From: Eledone cirrhosa | Lineage: Eukaryota | Assembly (NCBI GenBank): GCA_964016885.1 | Contig: OZ024746.1 | Location: 34,038,001-34,102,000, forward strand | Length of the DNA stretch: 64,000 nt | Reading direction: 5' to 3' | Shown: positions 14,094 through 27,696 of the stretch, in pieces | How positions within the stretch are numbered: position 1 is the first letter of the stretch | Layout: the number at the start of each line of letters is the position of its first letter | Made by a program: the position numbers and the translations under genes | The notes under the pieces: model-generated | The model's database searches: none | What the model was told of the DNA's origin: nothing | Seen by the model: the letters and a program-made list of their open reading frames with translations, nothing else

Positions 14094-14855
14094 GTTATAA
14101 ATACACATATGCATACACACATGTAGTACAACGAAGAAATATGTCTGTATAATACTTCAACAAAGAACAGTATGAGATGAAAGAAAAACAGGAATGATAG
14201 AGTGCTTGTTGATGTCAAACTACAGTACAAATTTCCTTTTTACTATATATGTGTTTCAAAATACTCCAGAGTTCTCTAATCTTTTGCTCATCCCTGAGCA
14301 ATTGTACGCTTTAGGCTTTCAAATATGCCTGAGATAATATATTTTTCATCCATCATGTATAACAGTCAAGTACGACATAATGGATATATCTACATTTTCC
14401 CGGCAACTTCTTAATGAATGTTAAGTTCCCTGCATCAATCGAACCTCATACGCTATATATACTTCCTGCATTTATCATGCTATTTTTGTGTTCCGTATGT
14501 TATTCTAACTCAACTTCCAAGGTTTCAGAGGTAATTCACGGTTACAATATACAATGAGTGTATTTCTAATTTCCTCATTTAAAAAGCAACCCATACATAT
14601 TTATATGTGAGATACTAATATAATCAAGACATTTACTTGTGCTGAAGGGGCCTGATGACCAAGTGGTTATGTTAGAGATTCATTATATTCTACTGTCGTA
14701 TGTCTTTTTCGAATTATTTCGAGTTAAAATGTAAAAATCATATGTATCATCATCATCATTATAATCATTTTAACGCCCACGCTTACCCTGTGAGTGAGTA
14801 TGTGTATGAATGTATATGGGTGTATCTACATACATATTTATGCACACAAACACAT

Positions 14856-14905
<50 letters not shown>

Positions 14906-14951
14906 GTCTGTGTGTGCATGTATGTGTATATGTATATATATGCAGATATAG

Positions 14952-15003
<52 letters not shown>

Positions 15004-15382
15004 TTAGAAGTATATACACATGTATGTGTGTCTGTATGCATGTATGAATGCATGGATGTATATATTTGTTTGAGAAATTAATAGCTGCAGACATATTTAC
15101 CTTTATTGAAAGGTGAATATACCATTGAAATGCGCACAATACATTGAAGAGCTATTTTCAGACACTCCTCTCCCAACAAAATGCATCCTTGATAGAACAA
15201 TTGTGTTAATTTACTTCTAACTGTTTCCCGTAATTCTTTCATATTGAAATTGATTTTACTTGAAGAAAAGAAAAATGGCGAGTATGTGTAATTCAAATAC
15301 GTACGTAAGCTGGAATATATTGATATCATTGTACATATTATGTGATTTCACTGTCATAAATATCCTGTGTAAGTATATACGC

Positions 15383-15559
<177 letters not shown>

Positions 15560-15664
15560 GTTTCTACTTTAGGCACACGGCCAGCAATTATCCAGTGCAT
15601 TACTGGTACTTTATTTTATCGACCCCGTAAGGATGAAAGGCAAAGTCAACCTCGGCGGGATTTC
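15560..15664 (-). mobile_element. SINE family A, truncated, between (AAT)n tracts
   Basis: Family motifs. Confidence 0.8.
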
Positions 15665-15688
15665 AATAATAATAATAATAATAATAAT

Positions 15689-16100
15689 GATTTCATTTAT
15701 TAGCCACCAGGGCCGACATGTAGGGGACAATACAATGACAGGGACAGTGGGGGTTTACAATAAGGTGGAGTAAAAGTGCACAATGGCAAGATTAATTTAA
15801 CAATGAAAATATAAAAATATAAAATAAACTATGCATAAATATGACAAAATAAATTCCCCGATAGGGGGTGGACGACCCTGGGGTGCTTCAGGTACCCCAC
15901 CAATCCTGAACCACCCTGCCCTTCTAGGGCACCCAGGGAGAGCACCCCTCTCCTCAAGTTAGCTAGCCTATAGGCGCATGGTCAGAGTAGGCCCATTCAC
16001 ACGAGCCATTCTCGCCACATTCACCCACCTTTTAGCAAATGTACTGGGGGGCAGCACTTCTCTCTCCACCCTCACCTTCTTTTCGAGGTTTAACTTGAAA
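15689..16100 (-). mobile_element. 3' end of a Tx1/L1-type LINE
   Basis: C-terminus KKVRVEREVL..F..RW..ARVNGPTL*, 3' UTR, AATAAA and an (ATT)n tail; homologous to 21040-21548. Confidence 0.6.
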
Positions 16101-16126
16101 ATAATAATAATAATAATAATAATAAT

Positions 16127-19100
16127 ATAAGGGAAGAAGACGCACGTGGTGGATAGAAGGTCATGAAATCGCTCCCGTAAGTTTTTGATTTTTAACATAT
16201 TTAAATCAATTGTGAAATAACAATTCTTAGTACAAATGATACATAACGCACCCGATTCAAGTCTCAGAAAAATTCGGATCCATAATATATTGTTATATCG
16301 CTCAAATATTCAATTTTGTATTATACATTTTATATTCAAAAAAGAAAATGGTTATAAATGGAAGAAAACCCCCTCTGTCTACACTATATAGAACAGCAAT
16401 TTCACCAACACCAGAAACTAGATACACCACCTAACCCATCAACCCTCTGTGTACAACAGCCAGATAACGGCAATTTCACCACCACCACCAATTTCAGCAT
16501 AATAATAATAATTACTATTATTATTGTCTCAAGTTTTAACAAAATGTTTAATTCCAATATTAAGAAAATATGTCAACACATATATTAAACATACGCGACA
16601 AACGCATAGAAACACAGATCAAACAAAACTAGTCTATTCAACAACACTCAGTAACGACAACGCCATCACTATAGTCACCGCCGCCACCACTCCATCCATC
16701 ATTGCCACTACTATCCCATCACCGCCGCCACCACTCCTTCATTGCTACCACCACTATTCCCCCATTACCTTTTGTTAACTTAAGAAAGGGGTAGGTGGCG
16801 GTATCACTAAACAAGGGAGAAGCTAGCAAAAGATATAAATAGATTGACTTAGTGACCCGGCCACCGGCCAAACGTGAACGTCTATGACACTGTTGCCTCC
16901 CCCCCCCTTCCCCACCAACAATAGAAAAAGCCCCAGCACCACCCCCGATATAGCCAACAACAATAACAGGCAACTTCAGCAAAAAGTATATTATATTATT
17001 AATAATTTCACTCTTAAGCCACGCAATGCTCACATTAAGGAACCACTCATGATAATAACAATTTAAAAACAGCAAAAAAGAAAACCCCATGACCAAGAAA
17101 TACCGGGATGGCGGCCGGCGGGGAATAGCCGTGTCTCTTGGGGAGGACGACCCTCTAGTCTTAGTTGACACTCGTCCTAGAAGTGGTAACACGAAATGAT
17201 TACCCCTTGGCGGATAAGGATAAACACGACAAAATAAAGTAAATGTCTAATGATAAAATCTCATACCGGATCGGCCGTCACCCGGGTCAAAAAGGGTCGC
17301 GTCCCTCAGAGAGGAACCAGACTGGGGTCGAAACATCGGCTAATGGTTCAAACTTTCCCATCACTTCGGAGCTGGAGACTCCCATAACCGGAATACTCCT
17401 ACTGTTGGCCCTCCATGCTCACCACCAAGAAATCCAAAGAAAAAGAGAGAAAAATGGTCAAGGGAAGATAATAAAGAAGTCCTTGAGGCTTTCTACACAG
17501 CCATGTACTACCCATCAAATACATCAAATACAGAACAGACATATATCAACTGGAAAATGAAACATCCCGAAAACAGAGGCTATATTGACAGTAACAAACT
17601 AGCCAATATACGAAGAAATATTGTAAAAAAAAAGTTACTAAATGATATAGAAATTGATCAGATCAAGCTATTAGCACAAAGTCAGCGAAGGGAAAATGAA
17701 ACATGTGTCAGTGAAAACGAGGTAAATTGTAACACTTCGAATCCCAGGGTTGGGGCGGAATCACTGGCAACAGAACAAATTAAAGAAAGGATCGAAAAAG
17801 TGGAGGGAGTGCATGCTCAAGATGAAACTCCAAATGAAAACAATGAGATCGTAAATGATAAAGAAATGAGTGAGAATGAACTTGCCAACTTGAAGGATGA
17901 AATTATGATCGAATGGATGAAAATGAAAGAATCTGACATGGGGGAACGAGACACCCTGCCTAAGATCCAGAACTCCAAACAGAACCAAAAGATAATACAC
18001 AAGACTAACATAATTCTCAAAAACATTATCATCACAAACAAACTAAACATTACTGATTTAAATCATCTCTATTATGCATCGGCTAAAGTCACCACTCACT
18101 TATGTGGAATGAAGATGAAAAAACAAAGGAATTCCCACAAGAAATCTACTTGGCAAGAGAACCTTGTCCGATCTGACATAGACATTTTAACAAACTATAA
18201 AGTAGGTGAACATGTTAAACAAACTAAACTTAGAAAATTGAAAAGAAAGTACAGTATAACATCAACAAGTGACATAGACATGCTGATAGAAATAATCAAG
18301 CAAAAAGTGTCGGCCAAAGCTGCTCATATAAGGCGCTTTGAAAAACGATCTAGATTCTATAAGGACAATAATATGTTCAAAGACAACCAAAGAAACTTCT
18401 ACAGAAAAATTGGTAAGTCAACAATAACTGCTAAATCAATACCACCAGAGGAGGAAGTGCCAGAATTCTGGGAAAAGATCTGGGCCGAAACAATCTGGGC
18501 CGAAAAGATCTGGGCCGAAAAAAAAGTTCATAACATACATGCCCCATGGACAGACAGACAAATGAAAGATACAGCTCACCTTCAGGAACAAATATGGGAA
18601 AATATAACAGTTGAACAGTTGCGTTTGGCTCTAAGAAAAACCAGCAAATGGAAATCCCCAGGAAAAGACAAAGTACAAAATGTTTGGATAAATGCCTTCA
18701 CAGAGTCTCATGAGCTATTAGCCCAACTTTACAATGAAATAGTTAAGGAGCCAGAAAAGATACCATCATGGCTAGTTGACGGCATTACATTCCTGCTTCC
18801 GAAGAATGATGAGACAAACAATCCCAACAATTACAGACCAATAACTTGCTTGACCACATTGTATAAAATGTTAACATCAGTCCTAACTAAATATACATAT
18901 GACCACATGATAACAAATGACCTATTTCCCATTGAGAAGAAAGGGTGTAAACGAGGCTCATATGGCTGTAAGTATCAGCAAAATGATACTAGAAGATTGT
19001 CATAATAGACACAAAAATCTATCGATTGCTTGGATAGATTATAAAAAAGCATTCGATAGTTTGCCACACAGTTGGATTGAAAAATGTTTAGAGACTTTCA

Positions 19101-21014
19101 AAATATCTCCCGTTGTCAGGAGGTTTTTGTCATTCAGTATGAAGACATGGAAAACGACACTGCTTTTGAATAGTGAAACAAAATCACTGGAAGCTGGAAA
19201 AGTTAATATTAATTGTGGAATTTTTCAGGGTGACTCTTTATCACCGCTTTTATTCTGCATCGCACTTATACCATTAAGTAAAATGCTCAATGAAACAAAA
19301 CACGGATATAAAGTCTATGACAAAACCATTAATCACGTGTTCTACATGGATGACCTGAAACTATTTTCAAAAAATGATGAACAATTGCAAGGGCTATTAT
19401 CCACTGTGGAGAAGTTCAGTGATGACATTATAATGGAGTTTGGACTAGATAAATGCGCCAAAGCAACGTTCACCAGAGGAAAGCTGCTGAAAAGTTCAGA
19501 CATTAATCTTGATCGGGGGAATGTGATAAGAGAACTTGATAAAGAGGAAACTTACAAATATCTAGGTATTTGTGAAGGAGGCGGATTCAAGCACTCGACA
19601 ATGAGGGAAAGGATGGAAGGAATGTTACCGCAGAGTAAGAGCAATCTTAAGAAGGGAATTGAATGCAAGGAATAGGATCGATGCCATAAACACGCTTGCC
19701 ATACCAGTAGTAACCTACAGTTACAATGTCATCAACTGGTCAAGCACAGAGATCCGTAGGCTCGATACAGAAATTCGAAAATTCTTAACCATGCACAGAA
19801 TGCATCACCCTAAGGCAGATACAGATAGAATATATCTCCCTAGGAAAGAAGGAGGACGTGGGTTAATCCAGTTAGACATTGCGTTGAAAACTGCAACAAT
19901 TGGATTATCTACATATCTAAGGAAATCACATGATTGGATGATCAAACTCGTTTTGTAACACGAAAGCATCAAAAGATCATACTCCATTACAAAAGATGCA
20001 CAAATATACAGTAATGGACTACAAATTTCAGAAGTCCCATTTACTGCTGAAATGGAAAACACAGAAAAAGCAAGCAGGTAAAAGTAACTGCAAAGAAAGA
20101 ACTGCAACAGAAACTGGCTAAGAAATGGCAAAAAACCCTCTGTATAGAAAATACCCAGAACGAGCTAACAATCCTGATCTTGACAACATTTTAACCCATC
20201 AGTGGTTGGCATCTTCTGGACTGAAATCGGAGACTGAAGGACTGATTATATCAGCACAAAAAATAACCAAGCCAACATAATAAAAAAGGGATGCAGCCCA
20301 TTATGCCGTGTATGTAAAAAAACCCAGAAACCATTGACCATATAATTTCAATGTGCAGTCCTATAGCTCCAACCGAATACCTAAACAGGCATGACAGAGC
20401 TGCACAATACATACATTGGATAATGTGTAAGCATTTTGACCTGCCCCATTAAAAGAATTGGTGGGAGCATCAACCACCTCTCATACTTGAAAAAGATCAC
20501 ATCTCAATCTTGTGGAACTTTAGCATCCAAACAGACCGAAAAATAGATGCAAATAGACCTGATATAATATTGAAGGACTTTAAAAAGAGGGTATGCCTGC
20601 TAATTGATATGTCCGTTCCAATAGACAAGAATGTATATATAAAAACATTTGAAAAATTGAGCAAGTATAAGGACCTGGAGATACAAACTGGAAAAATGTG
20701 GAAATTGAGAACTAAAACAATACCAGTGATTGTAGGCGCTCTAGGAATGATACCTAAGGGTTCTAATGATTACTTATCGCAAATCCCAGGAAACCCGCGT
20801 ATAGGAGAAATACAAAAGATAGTATTAATGGGAACTGCCCATATACTAAGGAAGATTCTGTCACTATAAGTACATAGCAAGTCTAAACACCTAAAGATGC
20901 ATGTATGAGTATGTATGTTCTTTCTTGAACATGGCGGACCTTGTTGTCTCTTGAGGTCACTAGTTGTGACTTGGTGATAACTCGTATGAACATAAAGCAA
21001 GATAAATGCAGCTG
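16127..21014 (+). mobile_element. Near-full-length R4/Dong-type RLE non-LTR retrotransposon in (TAA)n
   Basis: About 1.1-kb 5' UTR, one long frameshifted ORF, 145-bp 3' UTR and (TAA)n on both sides; TAA-repeat targeting is the known preference of Dong. Confidence 0.85.
17243..20869 (+). pseudogene. Disrupted RT + CCHC + restriction-like endonuclease polyprotein
   Basis: N-terminal KWSREDNKEV; NYRPITCL; WIDYKKAFDSLPH; GIFQGDSLSPLLF; YMDDLKL; YKYLG; CRVC..ETIDHIISMC..RHD (about 20305-20395); RPDII..LIDMSVP..K..KY. Several frameshifts and stops. Confidence 0.9.
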
Positions 21015-21039
21015 TAATAATAATAATAATAATAATAAT

Positions 21040-21548
21040 GTTTTCTTTATTAACCACAAGGCTTTACATGAAGTAGACATTAGGGACAGTACAGGACAAT
21101 ACAGGACGGTACAAATGGGCATTTCTTCGTGTAAAAAAAACAGGATGTAATAAAAAAAAATAAAAATGAAACATTCCCCAATAGGGGGGAGACTTCCGAG
21201 GGACATTTGTGGAGAAAGCCCATTAAAAGGCCACAGTGACCGTGACCACCAGGGCAAGTGCCCTCTCCCAGTTTTCCACCTTTAATTTACAGACAGATAC
21301 TCAGAGTAGGCCCATTCACACGGGCCATACTTGCTTCTTTCACCCATCTTTCAACAAAAGGCTGGGAAGAGAGCACTTCCCTCTCTACCCTGATTTTCCT
21401 TATCAAATGAAATTTGAAAAAGGTAATCAGGGCATCACCGAAGAGGTAAGTGCTCGTCTTCAGCCCTTTCACACGTGCACAGCATACTATCTCTTTCGCC
21501 ATGGCCACCAGAAAGATAAAAAATACCTGCCGTTCCCGGCTAAAAATA
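21040..21548 (-). mobile_element. 3' fragment of a Tx1/L1-type LINE
   Basis: RKIRVEREVL..FVERW..ARVNGPTLSICL*; ends gttaataaagaaaac followed by (ATT)n. Confidence 0.6.
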
Positions 21549-21551
21549 GAG

Positions 21552-21800
21552 ACGTTCTCTGGCAATGAACGGAGAAAACGAAGATAATACGTCATATGTG
21601 GATCGTGGAGAACAATTACACGCAAAGACAAAACCACGTCTATTGTATAAAAGAAGTCGTAGACTAATATTCTATTAGATGGTTCACTGAAAACGTTCTC
21701 TGGCAATGAACGGAGAAAACGAAGATAATACGTCATATGTGGGGCGGGGAGAACAATTGCACGCAAATACAAAATGGTATAACTGAAGTCGTAGACTAAA
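21552..21800. repeat. Tandem duplication, unit about 141 bp
   Basis: acgttctctggcaatgaacggagaaaacgaagataatacgtcatatgtgg occurs at 21552 and 21693. Confidence 0.85.
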
Positions 21801-21917
21801 ATTCTAACTAGGAAACCGAATGATTCTCGGCTTCAGAGTTAAGAATAAAGTAAATAAAATACAGAGGTAATTGAAATTAAATAAATACACACGCATCCAT
21901 ATACGTACATATACAAG

Positions 21918-21965
<48 letters not shown>

Positions 21966-22394
21966 TAAAAAAATAATGAATAAAACAATGAAACAGTTCC
22001 TTATATTAAACAAAAAAAGTTAATTATTTAACGATCGTTTCTAGGATATATATGTGTTAGAATTGGCATGCATATTCAACAGATCTATGTACAAAATTAT
22101 ACAAAATTATACAAACTATCAAAATTAAATATACATACCAACACATATATATGCCGTCTTCAGAAATAATGAAGTATATTTATTGATAATAACAACAATT
22201 CAAAATTACAGGTCTGTTTGGGAACAGAGTTCAAATTGACCAATGAAAACACAAAAAGTTTATACAGTTAGGTGTGTGTATATATGTAAGTAACTTCGTT
22301 CACAGATATGCATAAAAATATATGTTCACATGCATACGCATGCCGAAAAGATGTATGTAAATACAAAAATTCAAGGCTAATGTCTCTCTCTCTC

Positions 22395-22444
<50 letters not shown>

Positions 22445-22549
22445 CTAGTGAATCGAAATGACCAATTAATAGAGTTTATGTCATGGTAGACAGACATATA
22501 GAACATATTTTGTTTAAGAAACGTTTGACACATAATGACACAAGCTATA

Positions 22550-23390
22550 CACAACATATTGGTGGGATACAATATATTTACTTCACACTCTACTTACCTT
22601 TATTTTAAATAAAACTGTTATCCTTGACATGAATTTGACTGATTTTATTAGACATGAAATTGGCATTCATATTACGGCTAGGTATAAGATTATAGAATTG
22701 TTTTCTTTATTAGAACCAACCATCCCAAATCATTTGACATAACGAAGGGTCCAGCGATTCTGCACATGTTACACATATCTTAGTTCAAGTTTCTTGTTTA
22801 AACGTAACAAGAAACTTTCTATATTACAAGGTGGATTATGCAGAAATACCCTTGGTATTGGTAAGGATATTAATAAGCGTATACTTGAAAATATGATAAT
22901 AATATTTATAGTTTTCTGAAGAACTATGGCCTTAGCATTACCGTGGAGCTAATCTTTGAGGTTGACACTTTTCTATCAAAGATCTAAATATGCATAATGA
23001 ATGAACGAACCGTACGGATGTCTATAAAACTTCTAGATGTAATTATATTATTTATGGGAAAAGGTTTTTTAATTCTAAAACTGTTGCATTTTAAAACCTA
23101 AAAAATACATGGTCGTAAATCATTTTTCTATGCCTAATAAATCTGTAACTTGTCAGAGTCACTGGGACCCTTCCTTATGTCACAATTATTAAGGTGTGTA
23201 TTTCTCATAAAAAAGAACCCATAAATTCTGTAATAGTACTCTTATCGGTAATAGGAATATTGATTTTCTGTCTATTAACATAAGTAAAATTCATGTAAAA
23301 GATAAGAACCTTATTTAAAATAATTTATATCCTGTGAATAGTAAATCTAATGATAGGGTTATAGTAAATAAGTCCAGCCAAAATATGTTT
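22550..23390. repeat. Old diverged inverted repeat (possible MITE relic)
   Basis: 22600-22775 aligns to the reverse complement of 23140-23325 (ttattttaaataa..catgaattt..tgacataa.gaagggtcc..gttaca). Confidence 0.65.
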
Positions 23391-23726
23391 GATAATATTA
23401 CTTCAACTGAATGCTTCCAGCCTACTACTGTGTAAGCGTGAGAATCGTAGTTCAAACTATATGATTTAACCCTGATTTTCTGAATGATCACGATCTTTCT
23501 AACAAACCTAATCTTTTTTTATATTATATATGGAAATGTTCCACCTGAATACATGTGTCATATAATATTAAATAAAAATAATGGAAGAATATATTTATCA
23601 GCATCATGAAATATTCATGTAGTAACCAGCGAATTTCTTCTTACAACAACGAAACTCATAACGATAACTTGAGGAATTCTACGAATAATAAAAACTGTCA
23701 TAAAAACGTAACAGATATCTTTCGGA

Positions 23727-23772
<46 letters not shown>

Positions 23773-23776
<4 letters not shown>

Positions 23777-25191
23777 AAAGAATAGAGGTGTAACACACGA
23801 GTTGTGATATATTGGTAAAAGGAAAAGAAAATGCTGAAAAATTGTTCCCAGTGAAAAATAGTTTAATTAGGAATAAGTAAAAATTCGTAATAAGTATTGG
23901 TTAGTATTCAGTTTTAGTTTTAAGTTTTTACCGGTTACGCATTTCTAATGCTTTTCAAAAATAATTTTGAGACAGAGCGCCCGTGATGTTTGCTCTAATC
24001 TGATTAGTTTTGGAAATTCTACCTGTGCTATGTGAAAAAAGTGGCTCCAGAGGTATCAAAATAAGTTTCGCGCCAATTCGTGTTGCAAAAATTCTTGTGG
24101 TCAAAACAATTTTGATTGGTGGGTAGAGGTCACGTGAATGTTAAAAATTGATTTTGCGCTAAATGTAGGTTTGTCGAAGAGTGTGCTTTTTCGCCTGATT
24201 GAGAAGTCACTGAACAATAAGTCTTTTAAGACAAATATGTGTGTGTGTGTGTGTGTGTAGTAAAGAGGTTCATTGTTGTGATAATGGTCAGTAGGGATGT
24301 GTGTGTGAATTGCAGTCATGTTGAAAGGTCAACAGTTCAGGTGCCTATTAAGACAAATATGTCTGTGTGTGGAGGGTGGGTGTGTGTGGGGGTGGGGGCT
24401 GGGTGTGTAGCAGAGTAATTCGTGGTAGAGGGATCGGTCAGTAGGAATGTATCTGTACGTGTGTGGGGGATATTTTAACATGTTGAAAGATATTTTTCAG
24501 CTCTTGTCTTATACGGAGAAGTGTGTGTGTGTATGTGTGTGTGTATATATGTGTGTGTGTGTGTGTATATGTGTGTATGTGTGTGTGTGTGTGTGGGTCT
24601 ACCAGTATTTTTGTGATACTGGTAAAAAGGGTGTACATTATTCGATAATTTCAGCAAAAACGATTCTCTCAAGACAACATCAAAAACATTAAAAATAAAA
24701 GTGTGAAATGATATATATTATTGACCGATCCCTCTACCACGAATTACTCTGCTACACACACACACACACACACATATTTGTCTTAAAAGACTTATTGTTC
24801 AGTGACTTCTCAATCAGGCGAAAAAGCACACTCTTCGACAAACCTACATTTGACGCAAAATCAATTTTTAACATTCACCTCTACCGACCAATCAAAATTG
24901 TTTTGACCACAAACATTTTTGAAACACGAATTGGCGCGAAACTTATTTTAATAACTCTGGAGCCACTTTTTTCACATAAAACAGGTAAAATTTCCAAAAC
25001 TAATCAGATTAGAGCAAACATCACGGGCGCTCTGTCTCAAAATTATTTTTGAAAAGCATTAGAAATGCGCAACCGGTAAAAACTTAAAACTAAAACTGAA
25101 TACTAGCCAATACTTATTACTAATTTTTACTTATTCCTAATTAAACTATTTTTTACTGGGGACAATTTGTCAGCATTTTCTTTTCCTTTTA

Positions 25192-25197
<6 letters not shown>
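23773..25197. mobile_element. Unclassified non-coding fold-back element in (TA)n
   Basis: Arms about 23808-24260 and 24752-25197; same family at 44875-45527. Confidence 0.75.
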
Positions 25198-25231
<34 letters not shown>

Positions 25232-25235
<4 letters not shown>

Positions 25236-25827
25236 AAGAAGCAAAAAATTGCTTATTGTGATCCAGTTTTTTGTTAAGAAAGCCATTTTCATGGATGGTT
25301 TCAACGTACGGTTAGGGGTAACTCCACAAGTTTGTAAGAATTCCGTTCAATCTTGGAGTATAAAGTATAAAAGAGAAAACACAGGTAAGCATTAAGAGAA
25401 GGATTTAATCCAGGTATTTACGACCGATTCATTGGTAAGTGCAACCTTATATTGCTATACTGCAAATAGCAGCCACTCAATTATAATTGTTGTTCACAGT
25501 CCAAATTTTCAAAATAGTGAGTTACTCTTGAAATAATTCTTAATATATAGAGAAAAACATTTATTTGGAATTGTATTTACTAGTATATAGAGAGAGGAAT
25601 CAGGAGGTGAGGGGACAGACGGCATAGTATAGAGAGAGAGGAAGGGGGAAGAGGTAGGAAATAGAATGACAAACTGAGGTTGAGGTAGGGGTATAGGTGG
25701 AAGGATTCTTTGGTCAGTTTTGATAGCAGACATCATGTCGTGGAGTGTGGTGAGTTAAAAAGAATCAAATAGATAATAGTGGGTGGGATGGATAGAGAGG
25801 GAGAGGGAGGGGGGGAGATATAAAGAG

Positions 25828-25875
<48 letters not shown>

Positions 25876-25905
25876 ATACACATACATATATATATACACA
25901 CACAT

Positions 25906-25964
<59 letters not shown>

Positions 25965-27660
25965 CCTACACACACACGCACACATATACACATATATAAA
26001 TATATATATATATAAAAAATAAAAATAAAGATAATAATGACAAAAATAAAAGCAAAGAAGGGGGTGAGAAGGAAGAAAAGAAAAGATAGCCAAGAAGGGG
26101 AAGGAAGAAAACGAAGAAATAGAAGAGGAATGAGGGAGAAGGAGGGGATATATCTATTGGTTTTGTGGGTAATTAAAGGGTTTAGATATAAGAGGGTATA
26201 AAGTCTAAGTATATACAGTTTTTCAGTTGGTAGTAAGAGGTTAAGGGTTCGATTTGTAGTGCGAAAATTTCTCTTTGAGTCTATGGTTACAATAAATTGA
26301 TCTCTCAATTTTATTGTTGAGTAACCTATTCTTCGAACTTAAGATGTGGAACAGCTCAAGGTCGCATAATCGACAGCTTCTCATACCACTCCGATATGGG
26401 GGGCGCGTTTGATATTGTTTTCCACTTCAGGGTGTATTGATGGTTACTTTCCCTCAGTTGCCAGGTCTTGTTTGCAAATGGTAGTTACATAACGGTGCTG
26501 GGAATGTTTCATTGCGTAACGGTGTGTATACCAACGAGCTTTAAAAGTATTCCCAGTCGCTCCGATGTAATACCATTTCTGGTTGTCTGATTCCACTGTG
26601 CATTGGTAAACCAGGTTAGACTGCATACATTCATTTTGTAATGGACAGGTTTCAGGTAGGTGGCAGTTGCATTTCATGTTATGGGCAACTTCGGCATTAT
26701 TTGTGGGCTGCGATGCCTGAACAAGTGTGTTACGTTTTGTTTGCCTATTAGCGGGTGGTTGTCTATTAGATATTCTGTTGTGTTCGGTGGTAATTGTATT
26801 GTTATTGTTGTAAATTTGTGTTTTGGTGTTGTTATGTATCTTTTTAGCGTTAAGCATCTTAATGTGTGCTTCTATATTTGGTGCCATGGAGTAGGATAGT
26901 CTAATAGATTTAGTGTTAAGGATTTTGCTGTATCTATGTGAATCTGGAAAGTGCCTATTTATTATTCTAAAGAAAGTAGAGGGTAGGTTAGTACTAATAG
27001 AGGTGTTAAATATGGGGTTATACCAAATATATTTTTTACTGCGTGACTTGTTTGATTTCGATGTTGTATTTCTATCTGCCGTATACTTTGCAGTTCTATT
27101 CGTAAATGTGTGTATGCGTGTGTTTCTGGAGTTTGTGTTATGTGTGTTCGTGTGTGCTTCACAGAGGCTTTCATCTATATATTCTACTCTATCTAAGTGG
27201 CCTGCCTTGTATAATGCGGTATTGTAGTATTCTGCATGTTCTTCGAAGATTTGCCGGTTAGATGAGAGGCGGGAGATCCTAAGGGATATGCTGCGTAGAA
27301 TGGATTTAATTATTGATAGTGGGTGGTTTGAGTTACAGTTGATGTATGCTAAGTTTTCATTAATCTTGTGAAAAGGTCTTATAAGTCCCGTATTTAGGTT
27401 AAGCGTCACATCTAGAAAGTTAACTGTTTTAGTGCTATACTCGTACGTTATGCTAAGGTCTAGTTTTCCGAGAGTCTTTCTAATATTCTTACGGAGTCTT
27501 TCTATGCTCTGGTTATTTAGGTTCTTAACTAGGAGAAGTGCGTCCTCTCTGTAGATTCCACCGTGAAGGTCGCTAAACTCGCTTTGTAAACTATGGGCTA
27601 TGTAAATACCTACTGAGTCTGTGACTTGAGCCGAGTCGTTAGCCCCCATCTTGATGTCGA
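25232..27660 (-). mobile_element. 5'-truncated Penelope-like element (C-terminal GIY-YIG, Hydra-type)
   Basis: RT C-terminal half, linker, EN and a 3' pLTR ending in (TA)n; an inverted pLTR copy lies at 32667-33205. Confidence 0.85.
26230..27660 (-). pseudogene. PLE RT/GIY-YIG ORF, truncated and frameshifted
   Basis: MG..SAQV.D.VG, GIYRED (YRDD-like), VNFLDVTL, SNHP, IWYNP, linker CNCHLPETC (CxCx5C), LVY..YIGAT..FKARWYTH; after a frameshift, CRLCDLE and CNHR. Confidence 0.88.
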
Positions 27661-27696
27661 CGCCCTTCTCCTAGTTAAGAACCTAAATAACCAGAG

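Noticed and set aside
18478-18520. Triple 15-bp in-frame repeat (IWAE) in the Dong ORF
   Set aside because: Ordinary slippage in a dead copy.
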